Source: an uncultured Bdellovibrionales bacterium (GTDB taxonomy: Bacteria; Patescibacteriota; Minisyncoccia; Moranbacterales; GWC2-37-73). From it: a DNA stretch of 64,000 nucleotides. The DNA lies in NCBI GenBank assembly GCA_964609855.1, contig CAZSTB010000003.1, positions 4,305-68,304 of the forward strand, in the 5' to 3' direction. A program made the position numbers and the translations under genes. Positions 20,510 through 31,122 of the stretch are shown here, one piece after another. The notes beneath the pieces were generated by a model. The model did no database searches. It saw only the letters and a program-made list of their open reading frames with translations, and was not told where the DNA came from. Position 1 is the first letter of the stretch; every line of letters starts with the position of its first letter.

Positions 20510-20854
20510 TTAGTGAGACAAGGAAAGCTTTTCGAGCTTCACCACGCGCTTTTCCAATTTTTCAAAATCATCTTGCGGAACTTTGCGCTTGAGTTCGAAT
20601 TTCACCTCAACCATATCATCTTGAAGCCTGTCAATCTTCATATCTATTTTATCAAGTCTTTCATCAATTCCATCCAGTCTGTTATCAATTCCATCTAGTC
20701 TATTATCAACTCCATCAAATCTGTGATTTACATTTTCAAATTTAATATCCATACTTTCTGCCATGATCTTAAAGGAATCATCAATTCGCTCAAGTATTGA
20801 GTCGACATCATTAACGGTATAAACTTTTTCTTCAGATGTTTTTTCATTTTTCAT
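20510..20854 (-). CDS. Coiled-coil hypothetical protein with heptad repeats
   Basis: (N/E)RLDG(V/I)D repeats encoded by 21-bp tandem repeats at about 20660-20725. Confidence 0.75.
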   Translation of the reverse strand: MKNEKTSEEKVYTVNDVDSILERIDDSFKIMAESMDIKFENVNHRFDGVDNRLDGIDNRLDGIDERLDKIDMKIDRLQDDMVEVKFELKRKVPQDDFEKLEKRVVKLEKLSLSH

Positions 20855-20892
20855 ATGTGTAAATATTATTCCAATAAGTTATTCGAGTCAAA

Positions 20893-21153
20893 TCATTGTA
20901 AATGCATGCTGGCTTCTGCAAGGGTTTCCATAAACCCCTAAATATGATCCTTGAAAATCATGGTTCTGTTGGTCACATTCTGTCCTTCTTTGTTCTTATA
21001 AGAGTCCGTGATGGTCAAATAGTTGCTACCATTGCTAGCTTTTTTCACATCGAAAAAATAATTCTTACCGCCAGCTTTAAGCATCTTGGAAAAAACCTTG
21101 TCCTGATTGAATTGCTGGCTTTTGTTGTTTTGGTTTTGAGTGCTATATGTCAT
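20893..21153 (-). pseudogene. PUR-alpha/DUF3276-like ssDNA/RNA-binding protein interrupted by in-frame TAG
   Basis: VFSKMLKAGGKNYFFDVKKASNGSNYLTITDS matches the PUR repeat pattern; after TAG (20938-20940) the frame continues GFMETLAEASMHLQ to TGA at 20893. Confidence 0.7.
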
Positions 21154-21171
21154 ATTTATGTTCATTTAACA

Positions 21172-21246
21172 TGTCATGCTGAATTCATTTCAGCATCTAT
21201 GATTGCTAAAAGCATTTCTAGATCCCGAAACAAGTTCAGGATGACA
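21172..21246. repeat. TGTCA...TGACA REP-like palindromic element
   Basis: TGTCATGCTGAATTCATTTCAGCATCT...AGATCCCGAAACAAGTTCAGGATGACA; right half nearly identical to 50524-50550. Confidence 0.75.
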
Positions 21247-21258
21247 TGTTGATAATTT

Positions 21259-21362
21259 AATATTTGTTACATGTTATATGCTACATGCCGCATGTTACAT
21301 GATTTCAGCAAATATTTGTTACATGTTATATGCTACATGCCGCATGTTACATGATTTCAGCA
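21259..21362. repeat. Exact 52-bp tandem duplication
   Basis: AATATTTGTTACATGTTATATGCTACATGCCGCATGTTACATGATTTCAGCA at 21259-21310 and 21311-21362. Confidence 0.95.
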
Positions 21363-21468
21363 TTGGCCACTGCTCTAGTGTTATTATAACACTCCTTACA
21401 TATCACTGCAATATCAATGGGTGTGGATAACTTTGACTAGCTTTTAGTTGTTAGCTTTCAGGAAAACA

Positions 21469-21491
21469 AAAACAGCCCGTGGGCTGTTTTT
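21469..21491 (-). terminator. Intrinsic terminator of the NUDIX gene
   Basis: AAAACAGCCC-GT-GGGCTGTTTT; similar hairpins near 22888 and 27669. Confidence 0.65.
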
Positions 21492-21510
21492 GGTGAATGG
21501 ATTTGGGTGT

Positions 21511-22032
21511 TTATTTATTCTCTATAATTCGCCTTGCTTCCCTTAAAATTGCGAGCTCTCTCATATTCATATATTTTCCATCACTAACATCCGGAAACTC
21601 AGAAGACAAAATAGAGATAGCCTCATCGAGTCCAGTCCATACCAGCTGAAATCCATTTTCTAATTCCTTTTTATCAAAATTAGGCTGCGACAATTCGCCC
21701 ACGGACTTTGCAATATAGCAATATGAAATCTGCAATAAGTTTTTATAATTACGATATTCAATCGTGACTCCAATTTCATCAATGATTTCAATCTCACTTC
21801 CAGTCTCTTCGAGACATTCGCGTCTTAAGGCAGTCTCAACGTCTTCTCCAGATTCAAATCCTCCACCTGGTAATTTGTGATAATTATCTTTTGAAACATA
21901 CAGGAGTGCGATTTCATTTTTATCATTAAATATAACTGCGCGCGCAGCTTTCCTAAGATTATACGATACTCCAAATTCCTCCCTTTCAGGAAGTCCGATA
22001 CTAAGTCCATTAATTTCAAGAAGAAGTTTCAT
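21511..22032 (-). CDS. NUDIX hydrolase
   Basis: Nudix box GGGFESGEDVETALRRECLEETG. Confidence 0.92.
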   Translation of the reverse strand: MKLLLEINGLSIGLPEREEFGVSYNLRKAARAVIFNDKNEIALLYVSKDNYHKLPGGGFESGEDVETALRRECLEETGSEIEIIDEIGVTIEYRNYKNLLQISYCYIAKSVGELSQPNFDKKELENGFQLVWTGLDEAISILSSEFPDVSDGKYMNMRELAILREARRIIENK

Positions 22033-22198
22033 AAATTACATTTTTTAAATTATCATGTTACCCACCCAGATACCCATCTAAATTCCTATTTAAATATATA
22101 TCCAGTCTACGCCCTCGTTTAGCTTTTAACAAGAAAAGTCGCCGTAACCGATTCCGGTCACAGCGACTTTATTCAAAAGCGTCAAGCAATGGATCTGC

Positions 22199-22798
22199 TT
22201 ATTTTTTCGGCTCATCCTCTATACGCAGGAAACCAAGCGGGCCCGTGTAAATTCGATCTGCAAATTTATTCAAGGCGTTGAGATTTTCTTGCATTCGTTC
22301 TATTTTCATGATCTGTGACGTTGCTCTTTCCTTAAAGAAATCAAACTCATCCTTCAATGAGCCAATGCGAAGCTCAGTCAACTGCAGCTCGTCCTGCATA
22401 TCGTCAAAATTCTTGTCGTATACGTCAATGACTTCGTTCAAAGCATTAACGCTCTCATTTTGACGAGCATGAATCGAATCAATCCTTCCATGCAAAGCCT
22501 TGAACGTTTTGTTACTATCCATGAATCCTTTATTGTAGACCATTACCATTTTATTCAAGGCCTCTTTTTGCTGTTGAATGATTTTATCACGTTCAGCAAG
22601 AGCCTTATTGAAAGCTTGCGTCTGCTGAGCTAATGCGCCTTGCACTATGAATGAAATCCTTTTGTGCTCGTAGAAACGGTTATACAATACGGATAAGCAA
22701 AGGAGGAGTAATGCAACGCCCTGAATGAAAAGAATAACATCTTTCGAATCAAGCAGTTTTTTAGAATCCTTAGCTGTGGAAATATCTTTCTCTGACAT
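22199..22798 (-). CDS. Hypothetical membrane-anchored coiled-coil protein
   Basis: One TM near the N-terminus, long heptad-rich region, AGGGGG upstream of ATG. Confidence 0.65.
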   Translation of the reverse strand: MSEKDISTAKDSKKLLDSKDVILFIQGVALLLLCLSVLYNRFYEHKRISFIVQGALAQQTQAFNKALAERDKIIQQQKEALNKMVMVYNKGFMDSNKTFKALHGRIDSIHARQNESVNALNEVIDVYDKNFDDMQDELQLTELRIGSLKDEFDFFKERATSQIMKIERMQENLNALNKFADRIYTGPLGFLRIEDEPKK

Positions 22799-22935
22799 GA
22801 TGCACCCCCTATGAATTAATTTGTAATTCTTGAATTGACAACGAACATGTTATTATGCATTATTTTAAACAGCGTGTCAAGCATATGAAAACAGCCCTTA
22901 CGAGGCTGTTTTAAAAACATATAAATCAGTCCGAA

Positions 22936-23502
22936 CTAATTCTCAAATAAATTATCTCTCACGAAAACAAATCCCTTTCTTTGATTATCATCGGTATTCA
23001 GCTTCATTGCATCCTCAACGCTAAACCATCCCCATTCATGAAATTCTTCTGAAAGTTTTTCATCGCTAGGATGGAAAGTATTTTTATCCACTGGAATAAA
23101 ATGCCAGATATCGAAATGTAGCCTGCATTTTTGCTTTTCAGGATTATTGATTGGACAAATGGTTAGCAGTTGCGGCTCCCCTATTTCAAAATCATTGTGA
23201 TCAAGTCCCCATTCTTCTTCAATCTCTCTTCTTAGTGTGTCTCCAAGAGTTTCTCCTTCATCAATATGTCCGCCGTTCACCAGCCAAAGTCCAGCTTTTT
23301 TATGATGACCGATAAATATTTCTTTAGCAACTGGATCGTAAGGCGCAAAATATGTGCACATATGCGAAAGCTCATTTTCTTTTTTGCACAAATTCCCATC
23401 CTCAATTCTCTCCAAATATTTCAAAGCTGTTTCGTCATTTGGAAATTTTCGATTTATCAAATCTTCAAGTTCAACTGCTAGTATTGATTTTGAATCAAAC
23501 AT
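22936..23502 (-). CDS. NUDIX hydrolase
   Basis: HHKKAGLWLVNGGHIDEGETLGDTLRREIEEEWG Nudix box; HFDIW. Confidence 0.9.
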   Translation of the reverse strand: MFDSKSILAVELEDLINRKFPNDETALKYLERIEDGNLCKKENELSHMCTYFAPYDPVAKEIFIGHHKKAGLWLVNGGHIDEGETLGDTLRREIEEEWGLDHNDFEIGEPQLLTICPINNPEKQKCRLHFDIWHFIPVDKNTFHPSDEKLSEEFHEWGWFSVEDAMKLNTDDNQRKGFVFVRDNLFEN

Positions 23503-24098
23503 TATATTTTAAAATTAAACCATTTACTTAGGACTTCATATTGTTTTTTGACCAACACTTTCTCATCTTCAAAATATATTTTGGCGTTGTAATCGCGTTC
23601 AATTTTTTGGGAATTTTTTTCCAAAATTTCAGCAAAATTTTTATTAGAATATTTTCCAATCCAGAGGTAAAAGGGAGGTAAAAAATGCGCCATTGCATCT
23701 GCTGAGGCAATAATCTTCTGTTCCAATGTTTCAGGTAGGTAATTTCTGCAGCGATGCCTAAGCACAATACCTTTAACTTTTTCTGCAACTTCCACATCAA
23801 AACCTTTTTCTAAAAGAAATTTATATGCTTTTTCTGACCCAATTTCATCATGAGGCTCTGCATCTTCAAGCCTGGCGATATCATGAAGCATTGCGCCAAG
23901 CCAAACAGTCTCTAAGTCAGCATTATATTTAACAGCTAGCTGTTTACTGTATTCAATAACTGGCTTGAGATGAATATTCCAGAATAATTTATAAAATTCC
24001 TTTGTTTCAGCATTAGAGAAACTATGTTTTTCAATTCTTGGATTATAATGTAAATCCTTTATCTCTTCTTCAATTTTTTCAATATTGTCTTGATTCAT
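23502..24098 (-). CDS. HD-domain phosphohydrolase
   Basis: H...LHDIAR...H...HR...ADAMAH pattern; its stop overlaps the NUDIX start. Confidence 0.88.
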   Translation of the reverse strand: MNQDNIEKIEEEIKDLHYNPRIEKHSFSNAETKEFYKLFWNIHLKPVIEYSKQLAVKYNADLETVWLGAMLHDIARLEDAEPHDEIGSEKAYKFLLEKGFDVEVAEKVKGIVLRHRCRNYLPETLEQKIIASADAMAHFLPPFYLWIGKYSNKNFAEILEKNSQKIERDYNAKIYFEDEKVLVKKQYEVLSKWFNFKI

Positions 24099-24180
24099 AT
24101 TTTATTGTAACAATTAATTTTCCTTTCTTTGATCAACTAAACCGCCCATATATTTTGCTTTATAAATTTCTTCCCCATTA

Positions 24181-24747
24181 TTAAACTTTCTCAAAACTAT
24201 TTTCATTCAAAAAACTTTTCACAGCATCTAGAGGTTTCAGCTTGATGTATGTTTCGCGGTAGTCATCTTCCGAAAGAGACGACCGCGTAACAGCATACCC
24301 GTTTGGAATAAATATTTTGTCCCAACCGAAACCGATAGTGCCAGCTGGTTTTTCTGCAATACTGCCCTGAAGTTCACCTTCAAATAGTTTCAGAGTTTCT
24401 CCATCGTAATATCCAAAGACGCAGCGCGCGATTGCGGCCCTGTCTTTTCCATCCAGCAAACCGCAGAGCGTCTCCTCGCTATTTTCTTCAAGAAAAAATT
24501 TTATGAACGGTCCTGGCAATCTGCCGAGCGCAGAAAACTCCAAAGCCACATCTTCAACAATAACCGGCTTTTTTATTTTTTCATATGCCTGCCTAACTTT
24601 GTGCTCGACAATTTCGCGTAAATCCAATGACTGAATTTCATCTAAATCTATTTTTACATGATCAATCGGGATTCCGATATATTTGCATAAATAGTCCGCC
24701 TTATTCTGATTTCCGGTTATAAATGTCAAATTGATATCTGCTGCCAT
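24181..24747 (-). CDS. Non-canonical purine NTP pyrophosphatase (Ham1/RdgB/ITPase family)
   Basis: FITGNQNK, LDEIQ, VEDVAL, LPGPFIKFF, FGWDKIF; the C-terminal SHR motif is not evident. Confidence 0.88.
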   Translation of the reverse strand: MAADINLTFITGNQNKADYLCKYIGIPIDHVKIDLDEIQSLDLREIVEHKVRQAYEKIKKPVIVEDVALEFSALGRLPGPFIKFFLEENSEETLCGLLDGKDRAAIARCVFGYYDGETLKLFEGELQGSIAEKPAGTIGFGWDKIFIPNGYAVTRSSLSEDDYRETYIKLKPLDAVKSFLNENSFEKV

Positions 24748-24927
24748 ATTTCTATAATCACCGTGCAAATTCAAGCACAATGGTTTATTTTAATTTATAG
24801 TAATTCTAGGTGGGTATTTAAATACCCACCCATCCATACACCAAGACTACTCTCATTATCTACATCAATCAAGATATAGCAAAAGGCCGGAAAATTTCCG
24901 GCCTCTGAATTCATATTCAATACAACC

Positions 24928-26703
24928 CTAAAACTTTTGCTTCTCCCAAAGTTCATATAATCTACCTTTTGCCGCATATAGCTGCTCGAAATTTCCTGAT
25001 TCCAAAACCCTGCCTTTTTCAATCACTATGATTTTGTCCATTTCACGAATCGTTGTGAGTCTATGCGCAACAACGACCGCCGTAACTTTTTTGAGAAATT
25101 TATGCAGGGAATCCTTAATTTTCTCTTCCGATTCCATATCCAAGTGCGATGTAGCCTCATCCAAGAATAATATTTCCGGCTTTTTATAAACTGCCCGCGC
25201 AATCCCAAGGCGCTGTCTCTCGCCGCCTGAAAGCTTGACCCCTTTTTCACCGATAAAAGTTTCAAGTCCTAGTGGAAGTGTCTGCGCGAATTCTGCCACA
25301 TGCGCAATTTCCAGCGCTTTCAATAAGTCATTTTCACTGCGCTTTTTCGAACTGGCAATCGTAATATTTTCTCGCAGCGTAAAATTGAAAACTTCAGTAT
25401 CCTGCAGAACCACCCCGACATGGTCGAAATATGACTTCTTTCTGATTTTTTTCAATGAAAGATTGTCGAAAAGTATTTCGCCTGTGTAACTCTCATTCTC
25501 CTTGAGCAAAAGTTTCAGTAGTGTGGATTTTCCCGAACCGGAAAGACCAACTATTCCGATGCGCTCGCCTCTGTTTATCTCAAAAGAAATATTTTTTAAA
25601 ACTTTATTTTTTCCGTACGCGAAAGATAAATTCTTAACTGTCATTTTTTTCCAATCGGATGGTAAAGCAACTTTGTTCTTGTTGCTATCGATGGTAATTT
25701 TCTCATTCAAAGTTCTCTGCATTCTCGCAATCCCGTATTTGCGGATGATCAAATCCTGCATAGTATCTGACAATTCATCAACTGATTGAACCAGACTGTT
25801 AAAATATCCATGAAATAAAATCAGCACCCCAACTTCATACTGGCCCCTGGAAATTCCGTACACAATTAGAATCATTATCCCGATTCTAAATCCGGAAGAC
25901 CACAAATTCAATATTCCTGCTCGCGATTGAAAACGCAGAATCCTGTGCCTGATTTTCCCAAAAAGCTCATTAATTTGAACATTGATTATCTTTAATATTC
26001 GCTCTGTCATCGCGAGCACTTTCACGCTCCTGATATTATTGATTACCTGGAACATAAGGCCGGATATGCCCTCTTCCATAAGGTCGACTTCTTGAGAGAC
26101 TCGCACTGCTTTTTTCAACAAATAAAACGAGATGGCAAAGTAACTGAATAGAAAAATGAGCATCGATTCTCCCACTTGTCGATCAACTTTACTGAGAATG
26201 AAAATCATACCGACGAAATTCACACCGATCGAAATATAGTTATTAATCCACATCGCCAAAATGCGATAGATTCCATCAGAACCTTTCTGAATTCTCTTGA
26301 GCTTGTTTCCGGCATTTTCCTTTTCATGCCAAGCGATATCAAGAAATGAAAGTTGGCTGATCATTTTGACCTGAGAATCAAGTGCTACTCTTTCGGCAAC
26401 TTGATAGCCGACATACTTTGACATGTATTTGCAGACATGACCGACAATGTATGCCAAAGACAAGGCGGCAATAATTTTCCAGAAATATTCTAAGGAATCG
26501 CCTGGCTTAAATTTACTGAAAAAAGTCACAATCAGCGCAAATCCATAAACAGGAAAAAGATTTATCACATCGCTGATAAATCGCAGCAATGAAGCAATAA
26601 AAAAGCGCCATCTGTATGGTTTCAAAAATATTCCAATATCCCTTATCAGTTCTCGATTGGAATATTCAATAAAATCAGTTTTTACTTCTTTATTTTCTTT
26701 CAT
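24928..26703 (-). CDS. ABC transporter, fused permease/ATP-binding (exporter type)
   Basis: N-terminal TM domain; GLSGSGKST, LSGGERQR, FLDEATSHLD, AHRL. Confidence 0.93.
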   Translation of the reverse strand: MKENKEVKTDFIEYSNRELIRDIGIFLKPYRWRFFIASLLRFISDVINLFPVYGFALIVTFFSKFKPGDSLEYFWKIIAALSLAYIVGHVCKYMSKYVGYQVAERVALDSQVKMISQLSFLDIAWHEKENAGNKLKRIQKGSDGIYRILAMWINNYISIGVNFVGMIFILSKVDRQVGESMLIFLFSYFAISFYLLKKAVRVSQEVDLMEEGISGLMFQVINNIRSVKVLAMTERILKIINVQINELFGKIRHRILRFQSRAGILNLWSSGFRIGIMILIVYGISRGQYEVGVLILFHGYFNSLVQSVDELSDTMQDLIIRKYGIARMQRTLNEKITIDSNKNKVALPSDWKKMTVKNLSFAYGKNKVLKNISFEINRGERIGIVGLSGSGKSTLLKLLLKENESYTGEILFDNLSLKKIRKKSYFDHVGVVLQDTEVFNFTLRENITIASSKKRSENDLLKALEIAHVAEFAQTLPLGLETFIGEKGVKLSGGERQRLGIARAVYKKPEILFLDEATSHLDMESEEKIKDSLHKFLKKVTAVVVAHRLTTIREMDKIIVIEKGRVLESGNFEQLYAAKGRLYELWEKQKF

Positions 26704-26946
26704 TTCTAAATTATACCATACTTCTTTCGTGTGCTGAAACTGTTGACTTCCAACTATTTTCTAATATCATATACAATCGGTATAGGAAATTTATCGATAA
26801 CATCCCCGATATCAAATGGAGCAAGCAGCAATTATCCCACCATGGAAACACGGCGGGATTTTTTATAATTAATTATTGCTTTCTAATTACAATTAAAGAG
26901 TTATTCACTAATTAGGGCTCTCTGTTATTTTGCATGGTAGTTTCTT

Positions 26947-27125
26947 TGTCATTCCGAGCGAAGTGAATCGACCAAAGGGAGATGAGCGCAGTCGAGGAAT
27001 CTGAGTTAATATACTTACAAAATCTGGTATTAAATGCGGATCCCTGCGCCACAGCTAAAACCAAAGGCGGCATGCGGTCGGCTACATTCCTCCGCTACCG
27101 CGTCGTCATTTTGCTCGGGATGACA
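26947..27125. repeat. Long TGTCA...TGACA REP-like element
   Basis: TGTCATTCCGAGCGAAG...CGAGGAATCT ... GGATCCC...GCTCGGGATGACA; GC-rich island in an AT-rich spacer. Confidence 0.7.
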
Positions 27126-27233
27126 AAATAATAAAAGGTCGGTTAGTGTAGTGCCCTATTTAATTGACTAGCAACCAATTTTGAAATATATTTCAATCAG
27201 CTCTTAAAAAAAATTACATAGGGAGGAAGCGAT

Positions 27234-27608
27234 ATGCTATATCTTATTTTCATCAGCTTTTTTGGCCTACTCATTCACCTCGCAGCCGGTCACAGCGCCA
27301 CACATATTGCCAAAGATTTCATTGGCGGTGCAATTATTTTGATCGGCGGCTTAACCTCAATTTTCTGCATCAGAATGGGCTTGCAAATTCGCAAGATTCC
27401 ATCCCAACTTTGGCAGCGAAATCAACAAGCGGCAAAATTAGCCAGGAAAGCAAACCGTCGCGAAAAATTAAACGAAGCCGAAAAAATCGCAATCCACCGG
27501 CTGATAAAAGAACGCATCCTTATCGCAACTCCCTGTGTATTAAATAAGCAATGCTTCATATACTTAAAACTTTCCGACGCGGCAATTAACAATATTTTAA
27601 GATATTGA
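27234..27608 (+). CDS. Hypothetical membrane protein (two TM helices)
   Basis: GGGAGG upstream of ATG, two hydrophobic segments, convergent with fusA with hairpins between. Confidence 0.6.
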   Translation: MLYLIFISFFGLLIHLAAGHSATHIAKDFIGGAIILIGGLTSIFCIRMGLQIRKIPSQLWQRNQQAAKLARKANRREKLNEAEKIAIHRLIKERILIATPCVLNKQCFIYLKLSDAAINNILRY

Positions 27609-27755
27609 TTTAATCAAATGATTCATGCATCACATAAACCCACAAAATTGTGGGTTTTATTCTATAAAAAAACAGCCCCTTGCGAGGCTATTTCTAAAAG
27701 TATTCAGCATGCATTCATGTTTAAATATTTGTATGCTTGTATGTTTATATGAAGT

Positions 27756-29843
27756 CTATTTCTTAGCAATAATAGTGTCTGCAACATTCTTTGGAACTTC
27801 GCTATACATTGCAAATTCCATTGAATAACTTGCGCGACCTTGGGTCATTGAACGCATTTGAGTTGCATATCCGAACATATTTGCCAACGGCACTTCAGAT
27901 TCAATTTCTTTCACGCGTGCATTTCCTTCTCCGCGGTCATTGATTTCTTTGATCATTCCACGACGCGAGTTGATGTCTCCAACAATGTCACCCATGAATT
28001 GTTCCGGACAAGTAACCACAACTTTCATGACAGGTTCCAAGATAACAGGAGTAGCGCGTTTTACAGCTTCTTGAACTGCTAGTGAACCAGCAATTTTGAA
28101 AGCAGCTTCAGATGAATCGACTTCATGGAAAGATCCATCGTAAAGAGTAACTTTTACATCAACCATTGGATATCCGGCAAGTACACCGTTTTCCAAAGCT
28201 TCCTTTGCTCCCATGTTAATCGGTTTGATGTATTCTTGTGGAATAACACCTCCCTTAATTTCGTCGAAGAATTCATATCCCTTACCTTTTTCATCTTGAG
28301 GGGCAACTTTTAGCCAGCAATGACCATATTGTCCGCGTCCTCCAGACTGACGAACAAATTTTCCTTCAGCTTGCGCTTCAGATTTAATTGTTTCGCGGTA
28401 AGCAACTTGTGGTTGACCAATGTCAGCTTCAACTCCGAATTCGCGCTTCATACGATCAATAATAATATCAAGATGAAGCTCACCCATTCCGGAAATAATC
28501 GTTTGTCCTGATTCTTCATCAGTTCTAAGACGAAGTGTCGGGTCTTCGCCAGCAAGTTTTCTAAGGGCTAATCCCATTTTTTCCTGGTCAGCTTTAGTCT
28601 TAGGTTCAACTGCAATATCAATCACAGGTTCTGGGAATACAATATTTTCCAAAACGATCTGCTTTTGTTCATCTGAAAGTGTATCTCCAGTAGTAGTGTT
28701 TTTAAGACCAACCAAAGCTCCAATTCCTCCAGCTCTAATTTCATCAATTTCTTCGCGGTGATTTGCATGCATCTGCAAGATTCGCCCGATACGTTCTCTT
28801 TCACCTTTAAGTGAATTGATAACATAACTTCCAGCTTTAAGTGTTCCAGAATATACGCGGAAGAAAGTAAGTTGTCCAACAAACGGGTCAGTTGCAACTT
28901 TGAAAGCCAAAGCTGAAAATGGTTCGTCGTCAGATGCAGCGCGAGTAACTTCTTCTCCATTTTTTGGATTCACACCAACAACAGCTGGCACGTCCAATGG
29001 TGAAGGAAGATAATCAACAACAGCGTCCAATACTAATTGAACTCCTTTGTTGCGAAGCGCAGTTCCAGTGAAAACAGGAACAAGCTTTGCAGCAATTACT
29101 CCGCTGCGAAGTGCAGCTTTAAGTTCATCAATTGAAATCTCTTCTCCATTCAAATACTTTTCAGTAAGCTCATCATTTGTTTCAGAAATTTTTTCAACCA
29201 TCTTCTCTCTCCATTGTTGAGCTTTTTCCAAAAGCTGCTCAGGAATTTCACCCTCCACAACAATTTCTCCCATCGGTCCGTCGAAAGAATAAGCTTTCAT
29301 TTTTACCAAATCTACAACACCAGAAAATTCATTGCGTTCTCCGATTGGAATTTGAAGAGCAACAGCATTCGGAGTCAAACGATTCCAAATTGAACCAAGC
29401 ACGAAATCAAAGTCAGCACCTTCCTTGTCGATTTTGTTTACGAAACAAATTCTTGGAACGTGATATTTGTCAGCTTGACGCCATACGGTTTCAGATTGCG
29501 GCTCAACACCTTCCTTACCATCAAAAATTACCACTGCGCCATCCAAAACGCGAAGTGAACGTTCAACTTCCACTGTGAAGTCTACATGTCCCGGTGTATC
29601 GATGATGTTGATAGGGTGACCTTTCCATGCACATTTAGTTGCAGCAGAAGTAATGGTAATTCCACGCTCCTGTTCCTGCTCCATCCAGTCCATAGTTGCT
29701 GCACCTTCATGTACTTCACCAATTTTGTGAGTAATACCGGTATAGAACAAAATACGTTCAGTAGTTGTAGTTTTTCCACCATCGATATGAGCGATGATTC
29801 CAATATTTCTCAATTTTGAAATGTCGTTGATCTGGTCTGACAT
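27756..29843 (-). CDS. fusA: Elongation factor G
   Basis: [44 protein letters not shown]; follows rpsG. Confidence 0.99.
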   Translation of the reverse strand: MSDQINDISKLRNIGIIAHIDGGKTTTTERILFYTGITHKIGEVHEGAATMDWMEQEQERGITITSAATKCAWKGHPINIIDTPGHVDFTVEVERSLRVLDGAVVIFDGKEGVEPQSETVWRQADKYHVPRICFVNKIDKEGADFDFVLGSIWNRLTPNAVALQIPIGERNEFSGVVDLVKMKAYSFDGPMGEIVVEGEIPEQLLEKAQQWREKMVEKISETNDELTEKYLNGEEISIDELKAALRSGVIAAKLVPVFTGTALRNKGVQLVLDAVVDYLPSPLDVPAVVGVNPKNGEEVTRAASDDEPFSALAFKVATDPFVGQLTFFRVYSGTLKAGSYVINSLKGERERIGRILQMHANHREEIDEIRAGGIGALVGLKNTTTGDTLSDEQKQIVLENIVFPEPVIDIAVEPKTKADQEKMGLALRKLAGEDPTLRLRTDEESGQTIISGMGELHLDIIIDRMKREFGVEADIGQPQVAYRETIKSEAQAEGKFVRQSGGRGQYGHCWLKVAPQDEKGKGYEFFDEIKGGVIPQEYIKPINMGAKEALENGVLAGYPMVDVKVTLYDGSFHEVDSSEAAFKIAGSLAVQEAVKRATPVILEPVMKVVVTCPEQFMGDIVGDINSRRGMIKEINDRGEGNARVKEIESEVPLANMFGYATQMRSMTQGRASYSMEFAMYSEVPKNVADTIIAKK

Positions 29844-29917
29844 ATGAAATTATTTTTTAATTTTAAATTATAACAAAGATAGAAACTTCCTGTAAGTAGA
29901 AGTTTCTATCAAAAAAT

Positions 29918-30385
29918 CTAGGCGAAATGTGCGAACGCTTTGTTAGCTTCAGCCATGCGGTGAGTATCATCGCGCTTCTTCATTGCAGCTCCGACTTTGT
30001 TTGATGCATCGATCAATTCATCTGCCAATTTTTCTGCCATGCGCTTCCCTTTACGAGAACGACATGCAGTCAAAATCCAACGTACTGCCAAAGTCTGTCT
30101 TCTTTCTCCGCTTACTTGAATCGGAACTTGGTAGTTAGCACCACCAACGCGTTTTGATTTAAGTTCCAAAAGAGGAGAAATGTTCTTGATTGCTTGTTCG
30201 AAAACATTCAATCCACCTTTTTTAGTTCGCTCATGAATCACATCGAAGCAATCATAGATAACTTTTTCAGCAATGCTGCGCTTTCCATCTTGCATAACAT
30301 TTCCGATAAAGCGTCCCACTAAAATGTTTCCATATCGTGGATCTGGTTTCCATTGTTTTTTATAAACTCTTTTTCTTCGTGCCAT
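29918..30385 (-). CDS. rpsG: 30S ribosomal protein S7
   Basis: RVGGANYQVP, HRMAEANKAFAHF. Confidence 0.99.
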   Translation of the reverse strand: MARRKRVYKKQWKPDPRYGNILVGRFIGNVMQDGKRSIAEKVIYDCFDVIHERTKKGGLNVFEQAIKNISPLLELKSKRVGGANYQVPIQVSGERRQTLAVRWILTACRSRKGKRMAEKLADELIDASNKVGAAMKKRDDTHRMAEANKAFAHFA

Positions 30386-30463
30386 ATATATTTTACCGAT
30401 TCGAATCTCCTAATGAATACGAATCTACAAATTTAAATCTTAAAGTATGTTATTCGCAATTAG

Positions 30464-30886
30464 TTATTCAGTCTTTGCTTTCGGTCTTTTTGCTCCGTAT
30501 TTTGAACGAGAGCGGTTTCTTCCATCAACACCAGCTGAATCTAAAACTCCACGCACGATGTGATAACGAACACCCGGAAGATCTTTAACGCGTCCTCCAC
30601 GAATCATAACGATTGAATGCTCTTGCAAGTTATGACCAACTCCAGGAATGTAAGCTGTAACTTCCATACCATTCGTAAGACGAACTCTAGCAATCTTTCG
30701 AAGAGCTGAGTTAGGCTTCTTTGGGGTTGTTGTACTAACTTTGATACAAACTCCACGCTTGAAAGGATTCACGGTCTTTTTAGGCTTATTTTGAAGTGTG
30801 TTGAAAGTCATTGTCATTGCAGGAGATTTTGTCTTACTAACTGCAGACTTTCGGCTTTTTTTCACTAATTGATTGATTGTTGGCAT
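30464..30886 (-). CDS. rpsL: 30S ribosomal protein S12
   Basis: [31 protein letters not shown]. Confidence 0.99.
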   Translation of the reverse strand: MPTINQLVKKSRKSAVSKTKSPAMTMTFNTLQNKPKKTVNPFKRGVCIKVSTTTPKKPNSALRKIARVRLTNGMEVTAYIPGVGHNLQEHSIVMIRGGRVKDLPGVRYHIVRGVLDSAGVDGRNRSRSKYGAKRPKAKTE

Positions 30887-31122
30887 ATTCTACATCAATT
30901 TCTAATTTCTACCGCCAATTGGCGGAGAAAACTAAAATTTTAATTTTCTATATATAATTAATACCCTTTTCTACCATCACTGCTCCCAACTAAACTGCCG
31001 ATAAAACAGAAAAAAGTCGGGAAAATTTAAATTCCGACATCTGCGCCAGTCCTGTCCAGAACGAAACAGGCTTTAACTGAAGTCTTTTTTATACAAAAAA
31101 CGGCTAGAAAACTAGCAAGATA

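Noticed and set aside
21259-21362. Possible CRISPR array
   Set aside because: Only two directly adjacent copies, no spacers and no cas genes.
29770-29795. EF-G G1 motif AHIDGGKTT instead of AHIDAGKTT
   Set aside because: A single conservative change at a variable P-loop position; the gene is otherwise canonical and in the str operon.
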